64,000 bases of DNA, from assembly GCA_963745635.1 (NCBI GenBank), contig CAVUYF010000013.1:273369-337368 (forward strand), read 5' to 3'. This document shows positions 23,809-33,610 of the stretch, one piece after another. The DNA comes from an uncultured Solirubrobacteraceae bacterium (GTDB lineage: Bacteria; Actinomycetota; Thermoleophilia; Solirubrobacterales; Solirubrobacteraceae). Position numbers and translations under genes: made by a program. The first letter of the stretch is position 1; every line of letters begins with the position of its first letter. The notes beneath the pieces are model-generated. The model did not search any database. It was not told the DNA's origin and saw only the letters and a list, made by a program, of their open reading frames with translations.

Positions 23809-24651
23809 TCAGGCGACCGTGAAGCGCACCGCTTTGGCCGGTGGAGCCGATCCGTCGACGGTGATCGCCGTGAATTCGTGGCTGCCCGCCGCGAGCCCGA
23901 CGATCGTCGTCTTCCACTTGCCGTGGGCGTTGACGCCGACCACGTGCGCTTCGTCTTGGTGGCCGACTTCGTAGAGTTCGATCGAGCTGTCGGGTTCGCC
24001 CTCGCCCGCGAACTTCACCTTGCCAGTTGGCAACGTCGTTCCGCCGACCGGTCGCGTGATCGTAGGCGGCTGCAGGAGCGTGTCGCCGGAGTTCGCCGGC
24101 GTGACCGCTTCCAGCGAGCGCCAGCTCTTGCAGTCGGGCGCCACGCTGCTCGCGATGCCTTCGTGGTGTTCTCCCAGCGACTGGAACTTGTGCCTCACGG
24201 TCACCTCGCCGCCCGGCGTCCCTTCCGTGTAGTCGGTCGATTCGATCACCGCGACCTGCATGTAGTTCCCTGGGAACGGGGTGATCGTTTCTTTGAAGGG
24301 AAACACGCCTTCTTCTTCGTCACGGATGGCTTTGCCGAAGGCGCCGATGATGACCCGCTTGCCCTTGGCGATCATGCACGTGACTTTGCCGCTGAATTCG
24401 TTGTGGGAGAAGTTGCCCACGCCGCCGGTGCGGCCCTCGGTCGTCAATGTGCCGCTTGCCACCCCATCCGCCAGCGTCGCATCGACCGATACCTCCGACG
24501 CCCCGAAGCTATCCGGGGTGTCTCCCGTGGTGAGACTGCCGTCGAGTGTGATCGGGCCGTGCGCGGCGAGCGCGGTGCCCGCCGGGCCCGCTGCCAAGAA
24601 CATGGCGCACATACCCACCAGCACAAAGGTCCTTTGGCGAATTCCAAACAT
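23809..24651 (-). CDS. Secreted hypothetical protein with C-terminal bacterial Ig-like domain
   Basis: Signal peptide ending ALA. C-terminal F.GEGEP.S.IELY...G.W...GL..GSHEFTA pattern resembles Big domains. Confidence 0.7.
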   Translation of the reverse strand: MFGIRQRTFVLVGMCAMFLAAGPAGTALAAHGPITLDGSLTTGDTPDSFGASEVSVDATLADGVASGTLTTEGRTGGVGNFSHNEFSGKVTCMIAKGKRVIIGAFGKAIRDEEEGVFPFKETITPFPGNYMQVAVIESTDYTEGTPGGEVTVRHKFQSLGEHHEGIASSVAPDCKSWRSLEAVTPANSGDTLLQPPTITRPVGGTTLPTGKVKFAGEGEPDSSIELYEVGHQDEAHVVGVNAHGKWKTTIVGLAAGSHEFTAITVDGSAPPAKAVRFTVA

Positions 24652-24738
24652 CGGTGTGCCCCCTTTGTTTTGAACTTTGACTACCAAGGTTATATGTGTG
24701 CTACCGGCTACGTGAGCTGAAATTTTGTGACGGTGGGC

Positions 24739-27700
24739 CTACCGCCGCCGGCCGGCGGCGAAGCTCTGCATCGGGGGCACCACCGCGCGCATGCTCGACC
24801 CCATCTCCGCGCCCTCCACCGCTTCCTCGTCGGCCGTGCTGTCTACATCAGCAGGCGCTTGGCTCGCCTCGACGCCGCGCAGGCGGTGCACGCGCCCGCC
24901 CGCAGGCGCCCCCTCCGCCCCCTCGACACCGCCGGACACGAAGCTCTCCAGCGCCGCCAGCTCGCGCACGATCACGTTGACCACCCCCTGCGAGCACTCC
25001 AGGACGCCGCTGGCGAGCAGCAGCGGCTCGGCTCGCGCGAGATGGCGGCGGCGCTCGTAGACGGCCTTCGACACGATCAGGTTGATCGTCCCGAGCTCGT
25101 CCTCGAACAGCAGGAACATCGTCCCCTTGGCCGTTCCCGGCCGCTGCCTGGCGATCACCAGGCCGGCCACCGCCACCCGCGAGCCGCTCGGCAGGTCTGG
25201 GAGCTGGGCGCTGGTGACGAGCTCACCCACATCGCTTGGGACACTCAGCCGCTCGCGCAGGATCGCCAGCGCGTGCCCGCCGATGGTCACCCCGCTGGTC
25301 GAGTAGTCGGCGATCAGCCGCTGCCAGCGCCCGAGCGGGCGCAGGCGTGGCGCCGCGGGCAGCTGCAGCGGTAGCGCGAGCTGGGTGCCCTCCCCCACCG
25401 ACCCATACAGGTCGGCGCCGCCGGCCGTTCGCCCAAGCGTCTCGGCGGGCGTCGCCATCCCCAACTGCCACAGCGCCGAGCGCCGGTCCTCTGGCCTGAC
25501 GAATGGGGTGGCCGGGACGCTCAGCAGCCCGTCGCAGGCGCCGGACCAGGCCAGCTGTTCGAGCGTCTTGCGGCTGACGCCAGCGCGCCCGGCCAGCTCT
25601 CCGAGATCGGTGTAGGGCCCGTTGCGCTCCCGCTCGGCCACGAGCTCGCTCACCTCAGAGCCCGTCACACCCTTGATGTAGCCGAGGCCCAGACGCACGC
25701 CTCCCTGCTCGACCGTGCACTGAGCCTGCGAGACGTTCACGTCGAGCCCCAGCACCGGGATGCCTCTGCCCTCGGCCTCGTGCACGAGGCTGTCGGGGGC
25801 GTAGAAGCCCATCGGCTGCTCGTTCAGCAGCGCGCACAGGAACTCAGCGCCGTAGTGAACGCGCAGCCAGGTGGACTGGTAGGCGAGCAGGCCGAAGGCG
25901 GCGCTGTGCGCCTTGGGAAAGCCGAAGCCGGCGAAACCCTCGACCATCTCCCAAACTCGTTGCGCCGTGGCCTGGTCGGTCGGCGCGCCGGTCTGACTGC
26001 CGTTGCGCAGCGCCCCCTCGATGAAGCGCTCGCGATGGGTCTGGAGCAGCTCGTGCGAGCGCTTGCGGCTCATCGCACGGCGCAGCCCGTCCGCCTCGCC
26101 GGGGGTGAAGCCGGCGAACGCTTCCGCCACCTCCATCACCTGATCCTGGAAGATGATCGTGCCGAGCGTCTCCGACAGCACCGGCTCGAGCGTCGGGTGC
26201 TCGTAGGGAATCTCATACGAGGGGTCTTCGCGCAGGCGCTGGCGGCGGGCGATGTAGGGGTTGATCGCCCCTCCCTGGATCGGCCCGGGCCGCACGATCG
26301 CGACCTGCACGACGAGGTCGTCGAGGTTCTCCGGGCGCGTGCGACGGATCGACTGCATCTGCGCTCGACTCTCGATCTGAAAGACGCCGACCGTGTCAGC
26401 CGCGCGGATCGCCTCGAACGTGTCCGGATCGTCGAACGGGATGCGCGAGAGGTCGATCCGCTCCCCGTGCACGCGCGCGATCTCCTCCACGCAGCGCTCC
26501 ACCGCCGAGAGCATCCCCAGACCCAGCAGGTCGATCTTCAGAAAGCCCGCGTCCGCGCACGAGTCCTTGTCCCACTGCACCATCTGCCGGCCCTCCATCG
26601 CAGCGGGCACCGCCGGGCAGCAGTCGATCAGCGGCCTGGTCGCGATGATCATCCCGCCCGAGTGCTGCGAGAGGTGCCGGGGCAGGCCGTAGGCCTGCTC
26701 GACCAGCCGTGCCAGCCAGCGCCAGCGCTCGGAGGAGAGCGAGCGCTCCCCGGACCCCTCGTCCCCGGCAGACTCCGCACCCGCCAGCGACGCGGCGATT
26801 TCCGACTCGGCGGTGTGGTGGGCGGGACCGTGCCCGTCGGCGCCACGAGCGGCGCGCTCGATCTCGCCGTCCGGCAGTCCGAGGACCTTGCCCAGCTCGC
26901 GGATCGCACCACGCGCGCGGAACGTCGGGAAGGCAGCCACCAGCGCCGCGTGCTCGCGTCCGTAGCGCTCGTGCACGCGCGGTATCAGCCGCTCGCGGAT
27001 GTCGCGCGGGAAGTCCAGGTCGATGTCCGGCAGCCCTTTCAGGTCCTCGTGCAGGAAGCGCCCCAGCGCCAGCTTGCCGGCGACCGGGTCGATGTGGGAG
27101 AGCCCCGTCAGGTAGCAGACGAGCGAGGAGACCGAGGATCCCCGTCCGCGACCGGGAGCCAGCAGCGCGCGCACGGAGTCCCGGCCGCGAACCTCCAGCG
27201 CCACCTCGCGCGCCAGCTCGAGCATGTCGTGGTGGAGCAGGAAGAAGCCCGCCAGCCCGAGCCGGTCGATCACGCACAGCTCCTGCTCCAGCCGCGCCTG
27301 TGCCTCCAGGCGCTCGGCGCCGCCTCCCGCCCCGGGTTGTTGGGCGCGGGCGGACCCGTAGCGCTCCTCCAGGCGCAGCCAGCACAGCTCCGCCAAGCGC
27401 TGCGAGGAGTCCGCGTCCTCGGCGCCCGGATAGCGATAGCCGAGATCCTTGGTCAAGTCGAACGTCAGCCGCTCCGCCAGCACCACCGTCTCGCGGACCG
27501 CCTCGGGATGGTCGGCGAAGCGGCTGGCCATCGCCTGCGGCGTGCTCATCACATGGCTGTGGTTGCCGCGCCGCAGCGGCTCGGAGGCGTCGAGCGTGCT
27601 GCGGTGGGCGAGCGCCACGAACGCGTCCTGCAGCTCGGCCCTGCTGGGCGCGTGCGCGTGGACGTCGCCCGTGGCCACGCACCTCACCCCCAGTCGCCGG

Positions 27701-28302
27701 GCGCTCGCCGCAAACGCGCGGTTACGGGCGCGATCGTGGCGGGCATACGGACGCTGCAGCTCCACGTACAGGTCCCGCGGGCCGAACGCGTCCAGCAGCC
27801 GCCGGACCATCCCCTCGCCGGCGCCGGCGGGTGGGTCGAGGACAGACCTGCCGGCGCAGCCGGTCAGGCACACCAGCCCCTCCGCGTGGTCGACCACCGC
27901 CTGGACGTCCACCCACGGCTCCGTGCGCTCGCGTCCAGCCGCGCGCTCGCGGGTGTGGCTGTGGGCGAGCGTGACGATCCGGCAGAGGTTGCTCCAGCCG
28001 CGCTCGTCGCGCACGAGCAGCGTTATGTGTCTGGTGTCGGCGCTGTCAGCGCGCTCGCCGGCGCTCGCAGTCTTTGTGTCGAGGATGTCCAGCTCCGCGC
28101 CGTGGATCGCCCGCACCCCACAGTCCGCGGCGATCTGGGCCAGCTCCATCGAGCCGGAGACCGAGTTGTGGTCGGTCAGGGCGAGCGCCACATGGCCGCG
28201 CTCTACCGCTGCCCGAGCCAGCTCCTCGGGCAGCGAGACGCCATCCAGGAACGAGTAGGCCGAGTGGCAGTGCAACTCCACGTAGGGCGGCGTGGGCGGC
28301 AT
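24739..28302 (-). CDS. dnaE2: Error-prone DNA polymerase DnaE2 (ImuC)
   Basis: PHP domain (ELHCHSAYSFLDG), GRGS, PDIDLDF, KIDLLGLGML, FQIESRAQ, GFPKAH, RQRPGTAKG OB fold, S..F..G tail. Confidence 0.95.
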   Translation of the reverse strand: MPPTPPYVELHCHSAYSFLDGVSLPEELARAAVERGHVALALTDHNSVSGSMELAQIAADCGVRAIHGAELDILDTKTASAGERADSADTRHITLLVRDERGWSNLCRIVTLAHSHTRERAAGRERTEPWVDVQAVVDHAEGLVCLTGCAGRSVLDPPAGAGEGMVRRLLDAFGPRDLYVELQRPYARHDRARNRAFAASARRLGVRCVATGDVHAHAPSRAELQDAFVALAHRSTLDASEPLRRGNHSHVMSTPQAMASRFADHPEAVRETVVLAERLTFDLTKDLGYRYPGAEDADSSQRLAELCWLRLEERYGSARAQQPGAGGGAERLEAQARLEQELCVIDRLGLAGFFLLHHDMLELAREVALEVRGRDSVRALLAPGRGRGSSVSSLVCYLTGLSHIDPVAGKLALGRFLHEDLKGLPDIDLDFPRDIRERLIPRVHERYGREHAALVAAFPTFRARGAIRELGKVLGLPDGEIERAARGADGHGPAHHTAESEIAASLAGAESAGDEGSGERSLSSERWRWLARLVEQAYGLPRHLSQHSGGMIIATRPLIDCCPAVPAAMEGRQMVQWDKDSCADAGFLKIDLLGLGMLSAVERCVEEIARVHGERIDLSRIPFDDPDTFEAIRAADTVGVFQIESRAQMQSIRRTRPENLDDLVVQVAIVRPGPIQGGAINPYIARRQRLREDPSYEIPYEHPTLEPVLSETLGTIIFQDQVMEVAEAFAGFTPGEADGLRRAMSRKRSHELLQTHRERFIEGALRNGSQTGAPTDQATAQRVWEMVEGFAGFGFPKAHSAAFGLLAYQSTWLRVHYGAEFLCALLNEQPMGFYAPDSLVHEAEGRGIPVLGLDVNVSQAQCTVEQGGVRLGLGYIKGVTGSEVSELVAERERNGPYTDLGELAGRAGVSRKTLEQLAWSGACDGLLSVPATPFVRPEDRRSALWQLGMATPAETLGRTAGGADLYGSVGEGTQLALPLQLPAAPRLRPLGRWQRLIADYSTSGVTIGGHALAILRERLSVPSDVGELVTSAQLPDLPSGSRVAVAGLVIARQRPGTAKGTMFLLFEDELGTINLIVSKAVYERRRHLARAEPLLLASGVLECSQGVVNVIVRELAALESFVSGGVEGAEGAPAGGRVHRLRGVEASQAPADVDSTADEEAVEGAEMGSSMRAVVPPMQSFAAGRRR

Positions 28303-28551
28303 CTAGGCTCCTTGGAGGAACCAGCGGCCACTGACCAGATCGTGGAAGACGACCAGGTTGCGTCCGCGCTCGCCCACGAGCTCCCAGTAGCGGCGGCGCA
28401 GGGGCTGAGCGGTCCACCAGCGGTCCTCCACCAGCCAGGACTCGCGCAGCGACGCGATCGCTTCGCCGTCCACCTCGACCGGATGATCGGGGCGGGCGGG
28501 CTCCAATCGCACACGCGCTGGACGGGGAGGGTTGAGGGTCCGAGCGCTCAC
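28303..28551 (-). CDS. Small mutasome-associated protein resembling the ImuB C-terminal (DUF6504-like) domain
   Basis: LNPPRP...WLVEDRWW...RRYWELV...VFHD...W.L pattern; lies between imuB and dnaE2. Confidence 0.7.
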   Translation of the reverse strand: MSARTLNPPRPARVRLEPARPDHPVEVDGEAIASLRESWLVEDRWWTAQPLRRRYWELVGERGRNLVVFHDLVSGRWFLQGA

Positions 28552-28560
28552 TGATGACGC

Positions 28561-29757
28561 TCACTCGGGGATCGGCGCGAGCACGACCCGCCGCTCCGGC
28601 ACGCGCGAGTCGGGGTCCACGCAGACGGCGCGCAGCGCCGCATCCTGCCCGGCGACGGCACGCATCTGGGCGACCGCCTCCCGCAGCCTGCCCGCACGGG
28701 CAGCGCGATCCTGGTCGAGCAGCGCGCCCTGCTCGCTCGCCGGGGGACCGAAGCGCTCGACGGTCAGCCCCAGCTCCGACGCGGGAGCCGGCAGGAGCAG
28801 CAGGCGCACCGACAGGGCCAGCCAGATGCGCTCGGGGTCGCTGAGCGCCTGGCGGAAGACCACCAGCTCGCGCCAACCGCCCCCCGCGAGGAGGCGGGCG
28901 GAGAGCGTGACTGCGCGCAGCGTTCGCCCGCGCCGCTCCGTGCGGGCCAACAGCCGGTCCACCAGGACGCTCAGCACACGCTTCAGCGCCTCGCCCGAGC
29001 TCGCGTCCCCCACCTCCATCGACTCGCTCAGGCGCTCCTGCAGAACCCGTCCCCGCACCGGGCTGTCGCGCATGCAGGCCAGCCGGTAGGCGAGCGCGCC
29101 CGCGGCGCCGAAGCGGTCTGTGACCGGCGCTCGACCCAGCTTCACCAGCTCGCCGAGCGTGCGCACGCCGAGACGGCGCAGCGGCGCCACCAGGATCGCC
29201 GTCTCCTGCCGGTAGCCGAGCAGGTCGACCGGCCTGCCCGCGAGCCAGCGGCGCGCCTGCCTGTCGTCGAGCACCAGCGGCCGGCGCGAGCGCATCGCCA
29301 TCGCCGCCGCCAGCGCGCAGAAGCGCGTCGGGGCGCCGCCCATGCGCGCGGGACGCCCGAGTGCGCCGCGGGCCGCAGCGATCGTCGCCTCCGCCGTGCC
29401 GTGGATCCGCCTCACCCCGTCCGTCTCGAAGTAGGCCAGCCCGGGGACGGCCGGCTCGACCGCGGCTCCGGTCGACTCCAGCGCTCCGATCAGCCGCTCC
29501 CACCTATCGGCCGCCAGCACGGGGTCGGGCGCCACCAGCACCAGCTCGGGACATCGGGCGAGCGCCTCGCCGAGCAGCATCCCGCGCGCCACCCCACACG
29601 CCTCCGCGGCTCCCGAGACCTCCCCCACGCGCTGTTCGGACCCCACCAGCGGCGCCAGCGCCAGCGCGCGCCCCGTCAGCGTCTGGCGGGCCATCTTCGC
29701 CCCCTCCCCGGCAGCCACCACAAGCTCGAAGCGGGGTATGTAGACGCACACGACCAT
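28561..29757 (-). CDS. imuB: ImuB-like inactive Y-family polymerase accessory protein
   Basis: AEACGVARGM.LGEA.ARCPEL and LGVRTLGEL Y-family fold without the catalytic DE motif; adjacent to dnaE2. Confidence 0.8.
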   Translation of the reverse strand: MVVCVYIPRFELVVAAGEGAKMARQTLTGRALALAPLVGSEQRVGEVSGAAEACGVARGMLLGEALARCPELVLVAPDPVLAADRWERLIGALESTGAAVEPAVPGLAYFETDGVRRIHGTAEATIAAARGALGRPARMGGAPTRFCALAAAMAMRSRRPLVLDDRQARRWLAGRPVDLLGYRQETAILVAPLRRLGVRTLGELVKLGRAPVTDRFGAAGALAYRLACMRDSPVRGRVLQERLSESMEVGDASSGEALKRVLSVLVDRLLARTERRGRTLRAVTLSARLLAGGGWRELVVFRQALSDPERIWLALSVRLLLLPAPASELGLTVERFGPPASEQGALLDQDRAARAGRLREAVAQMRAVAGQDAALRAVCVDPDSRVPERRVVLAPIPE

Positions 29758-29758
29758 A

Positions 29759-29772
29759 CGAACACATGTTCG
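29759..29772. promoter_or_regulatory. LexA (SOS) box, Gram-positive type
   Basis: CGAACACATGTTCG matches CGAAC-N4-GTTCG and lies immediately upstream of the imuB ATG at 29757. Confidence 0.88.
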
Positions 29773-29805
29773 CATACGGCCGCGCGCGCGTCAACCGCGC
29801 CCGCC

Positions 29806-30624
29806 TCAATCCATCGTCAAAGGCCCCTCGGCCGACCCGCTCAGGAACTGGCGCACGAACGGGTTCTCCGAGGCGAACATCGTGGCGGCGTCGCCGGCTT
29901 CGACGATCCGCCCGCGCCACAGCACGGCGATGTATTCGCCGATCTGGCGGGCGGAGGCGATGTTGTGGGTGACGACGATGTAGGTGCCTTTGTAGAGCTG
30001 GTGCATCTCCTGGATCAGGTCGCACAGCAGCGCGGTGCGCACCGGGTCCAGACCCGAGTCGGGCTCGTCGAAGATCACGATGTCCGGTTCCATCACCAGC
30101 GCGCGGGCGAACCCCGCGCGCTTGCGCATCCCCCCGGAGAGCTGCGACGGCGCGTCGTCCAGCGCGTCCGACAGGCCCACGTCGCCGAGCCGTTCTTTCA
30201 CGCGCTCGGCGATCACCGCCTCGGAGTAGTCGGTGTGCTGGCGCAGCGGGAAGGCGACGTTGTCGAACACGGACATCGAGCCGAACAGGGCGCCGTCCTG
30301 GAAGAGCACGCCGATCTTGCGCCGCATCGCCAGCAGGTCGGGCATCGCCAGCTGTTTGACGTATTTGCCTTTCACCACCACGTCGCCGGAGTCGGGGAAC
30401 ATCAGGCCGATGATGTGCTTGATCAGCACACTCTTGCCGGTTCCCGAGGGGCCCAGCACGACAGTGATCTTGTCGTCGGGGAAGGCGACGTTCAGCCCGT
30501 CGAGCACGGAGACCCCACCCAGGCGCTTGTGCACGTCCAGGCAGCGGATCGACCAGCTGTCGTCGTCGGCGTCGCCGGCGAAATCGACGTCGGTCGCGTG
30601 GTACTGGTGGCGGTCCTCGGTCAT
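29806..30624 (-). CDS. MCE-system ABC ATPase (MlaF/MceG/Mkl family)
   Basis: GPSGTGKS, LFQDGALFGSM, LSGGMRKRAG, FDEPDSGLDP, VTHN. Confidence 0.92.
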   Translation of the reverse strand: MTEDRHQYHATDVDFAGDADDDSWSIRCLDVHKRLGGVSVLDGLNVAFPDDKITVVLGPSGTGKSVLIKHIIGLMFPDSGDVVVKGKYVKQLAMPDLLAMRRKIGVLFQDGALFGSMSVFDNVAFPLRQHTDYSEAVIAERVKERLGDVGLSDALDDAPSQLSGGMRKRAGFARALVMEPDIVIFDEPDSGLDPVRTALLCDLIQEMHQLYKGTYIVVTHNIASARQIGEYIAVLWRGRIVEAGDAATMFASENPFVRQFLSGSAEGPLTMD

Positions 30625-30642
30625 CGGCGGTCCTCGGTCATC
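30609..30642. repeat. Perfect 17-bp tandem duplication (GGCGGTCCTCGGTCATC x2) spanning the ATPase start codon
   Basis: Copies read at 30609-30625 and 30626-30642. Confidence 0.9.
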
Positions 30643-32147
30643 ATTTTTCCTTGTATACGACCTTTGGGAATTCGCTCGTTTCGCCGTTGAACGTGAACGG
30701 GCTCTGCTTGACGCACGAGGGCGCCGGCACGTCGTTTTCGGTTTCGGGCTTGTTGGCGACTTTGAACTCCTGCAGCTGCGTAATGATTTCTTCGGACACC
30801 GTTTCGTTGGCGGGCCCGGTAACCGAAGGCGCGGAGTTGGCGCACGAGCTCGAGCTGAAAACCGGCAGGCCGCTGGCGAGCGATTTGTAGGAGCCGGAGT
30901 GCGGGTAGGCGTTTGCGCGCGCGGTGCCGACCGGGCTCGGGTAGATCGCGAGGCTCTGCGGGCTGAGCACGTTCATCGTCGTCAGGAAATGCACCTTGGG
31001 CCCTTCGTGTGCGGTGTTGGCATCGCCTTCGCTCGCCTGTGAGGCAGCGGCGATGTTCGCGAAGAACGCCTGCAGCTCGGGCACATATTCGCCCGTGTAC
31101 TGCAGGAACGGGTCGAGGTTGTGCAGCACCGGCCTGAAGTTTTCGAGCACGGGGACGGTCAGGTCGAATGACTTCTTCAGATCGGGCAGGCTGGTCTTGG
31201 CCGCCTTCGTCAGCGGGCCCGAGCGCGGTCAGGAACTTGTTGAATTCGGGCGCGAACGGCTTGGCGGCCTCGAGCAGCAGGGAGAGCTGGCGCTCCGTGG
31301 GCTGGAATTCCTTGAAGTACGGGTCGGCGATCGCCTGGAAGCGGTCGACTTCTTTGAGCGCGGTGCGCGATTTGCTCTCGAAGCCGGGGAGCGCGCGGAA
31401 CGCTGCGGCGAACGCCGTGCTGGCTTCGGCCGCCGCGTGGAACGTGCGCTCGCCGTTGACGATCGAGCCTTCCAGCTGGTGGTCGCGGCTGGCGAGCGCG
31501 TTGAAGACCACTCCCGTGTTGTGCACCAGCGCTTTGACCGCCCCCTCCTGCGCGTCGAGCACCGTGACCAGCTTGTTGGCGCTTTCGACGAACGGTTCGA
31601 GCTGGGCGAAGGAGGCGTTGATCTGTTCGCCGCGGCCGTCGATCGCCGCCGCGGTGGCTTCCTGCCAGATCTGGAAGTCGCGCCTGGTCTTGGGGTTGAA
31701 CGCCGAGAGGATGTCGTCGAGCGTCACCGACGGTTCGACCTGCGTGTTCGGTAGGCGTCCTCCGTCAGCCAGGTACGGGCCGCTCTGGGCCTCGGGGATC
31801 AGCTGGATGTAGGTCTCGCCCAGCAGCGTCTTGGTGCGCAGGATCGCGTGCATGTTCGCGCGCACCGGCGCGTACTTGCCAGCGATTTCAACGGTCGCCT
31901 GCGTGCGCCCTTCCTTGTTGAGCTTCACCGACACGATGTGCCCCACTTCCACGCCGCTGATTCGCACATCGGACTCTTCCGCGAGCGAGAACGAGCGCGG
32001 GAACGCGACGCTGAAACGGTAGCCCTTCGGTTTCAGCGGCAGCGGGCCGCCGAAGGACTCCCACAGGAACATGAGCAGCCCGAAGCAGCTCAGCACGAAC
32101 AGGACGATCACCAGCAGGTTGCCGAGTGTTGGCGCGCGCTTCTGCAT
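30641..32147 (-). CDS. MCE/MlaD family protein 6 (frameshift near 31218)
   Basis: N-terminal TM, SDVRISGVEVG, LRTKTLLGETYIQL, long helical region. Confidence 0.88.
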
Positions 32148-32148
32148 C

Positions 32149-33610
32149 TCAGCCCTTCCCTCCGAACGGCTGCTCGCCGAGGTTCGAGAACGGCCCGCCG
32201 GCAGGCGCCTTGGCGCCTGCGCGCTCGCTCGTGGCGGTTACAGCGCTTTTGCCGATGCCCTCTTTCACACATTCTTCCTTGGTCGGAGGCTTGAGAAGGC
32301 TCACGAGGAGGTTGACCGTCGGGTTGATTTCCGAAACAGGCTTGAGGAGTTCCAAGATCTGGCAGTTGAAGTACAGAAGCGTGCGTCCAAAGGCGCCTTC
32401 TCCGTCGGCGGTACTGAGGACGCTGTTGAGGTTGTGGTTGTCCCAGTCGAGGAAGAACAGGAAGCCGCCCTTGCTCGGCCCGGGGTTGTAGGCGAGCTCG
32501 TTGAAGAATTCGTTGAACACCGAGAAGCCCGGAGGACAGTTTCGGGAACGCTTCGCCGAGCTGCTTGGTCGCGGGACCGAGTTCGTTGACGACGGGCAGG
32601 ATTTCGCGCGCGAACGGCCGCACGTCGTTCTTGATGATCGGGGTCGTCTGCTTCGCCAGCTGGCGGGTGGCTTCGTTGGCGGGGCCGAGCGCGCGCGCGA
32701 ACGGCTCGAGCTCCTTCAACGTCGGGCCGAGCACTTTCGTGGCGGTGGCGAGCTTGCCGAGACCGGTCCCCGTCTTGCGCAGCGCCGCCGGCAGCAGCTT
32801 GAGCGTTTCCTGGAAGTTCGCGTCCTCCTTGGAGAAAGTGGCGAACACGGCGTTGGAGGCGTCGACCAGCTGCGAGAGCTGCTGGTCCTTGCCGCCGACG
32901 GCTTGGACCAGCACGCGGAAGTTGTGGATCGAGCGCGCGATGTTCGTGTGGCGGATTTCGAGCTGCTGGGCGATCTTCTGCGCGAGCTGCGCCGTGGGGT
33001 CGAAGCGGCGGAGGTCGGCGGAGAGCGTCCTGCCGTTGCCCTTCAGCCCGATGCCGAGACCGGCGATCAGCTCCTGCACGTAGGCGCGCGTTTCCGCGTC
33101 GAGACCCGCCAGGAATTCGTCGAAGTCGACGTTCGCGGCGGTCTGAGACAGGGGCAGCACTTCGCCGCTGTGCAGCCTCCCCGCCGAGGGCGTGCCGGGG
33201 CTGACCTCGACGGTGATGTCCTGCAGCTGGGTCTTCGGGCGCAGCAGCAGCGTCGCGTTGCGGTAGATGTAGGAGCCGTACTTGGGCACGACGTTCATCG
33301 AGACGATCGCGACCCCGTCGTGCAGGTTCACGCTCGCGATTTCGCCGATCTTCGCGCCCGCGATCGTGACCGCCTGGCCCTGGCCGGGCGTGACCGCCTG
33401 GGCCGTCTGGAATTCGGCCTTCAGCGAGTAGAAGCTGCGGCCCAGGACCGGCACCCAGCCGGGGAGCTTGAGGTTCTCGTGCGCGAGGATGTAGCCGCCG
33501 ACGACCGCCGCGATCAGGATCATCGTGACGACCGCGATGAATGCCGTGCGGTAGCGCTCGATCTGGTCGCGGACGCTCAGCCCGCCTTCGTGGCTGTCCG
33601 TGGGCGTCAT
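32149..33610 (-). CDS. MCE/MlaD family protein 5 (frameshift near 32535)
   Basis: TM, VTIAGAKIG, LRPKTQLQD..VEV.PG, helical region. ATGA overlap with the upstream gene. Confidence 0.86.

Noticed and set aside
25780-28554. Long antisense or shadow ORFs (e.g. 924 aa opposite dnaE2, and many others)
   Set aside because: Expected in very GC-rich DNA with biased third positions. They are Arg/Ala/Pro-rich with no recognisable motifs.
28561-28563. Selenocysteine recoding of the imuB TGA
   Set aside because: There is no redox motif context, no convincing bacterial SECIS hairpin, and ImuB is not a known selenoprotein family.
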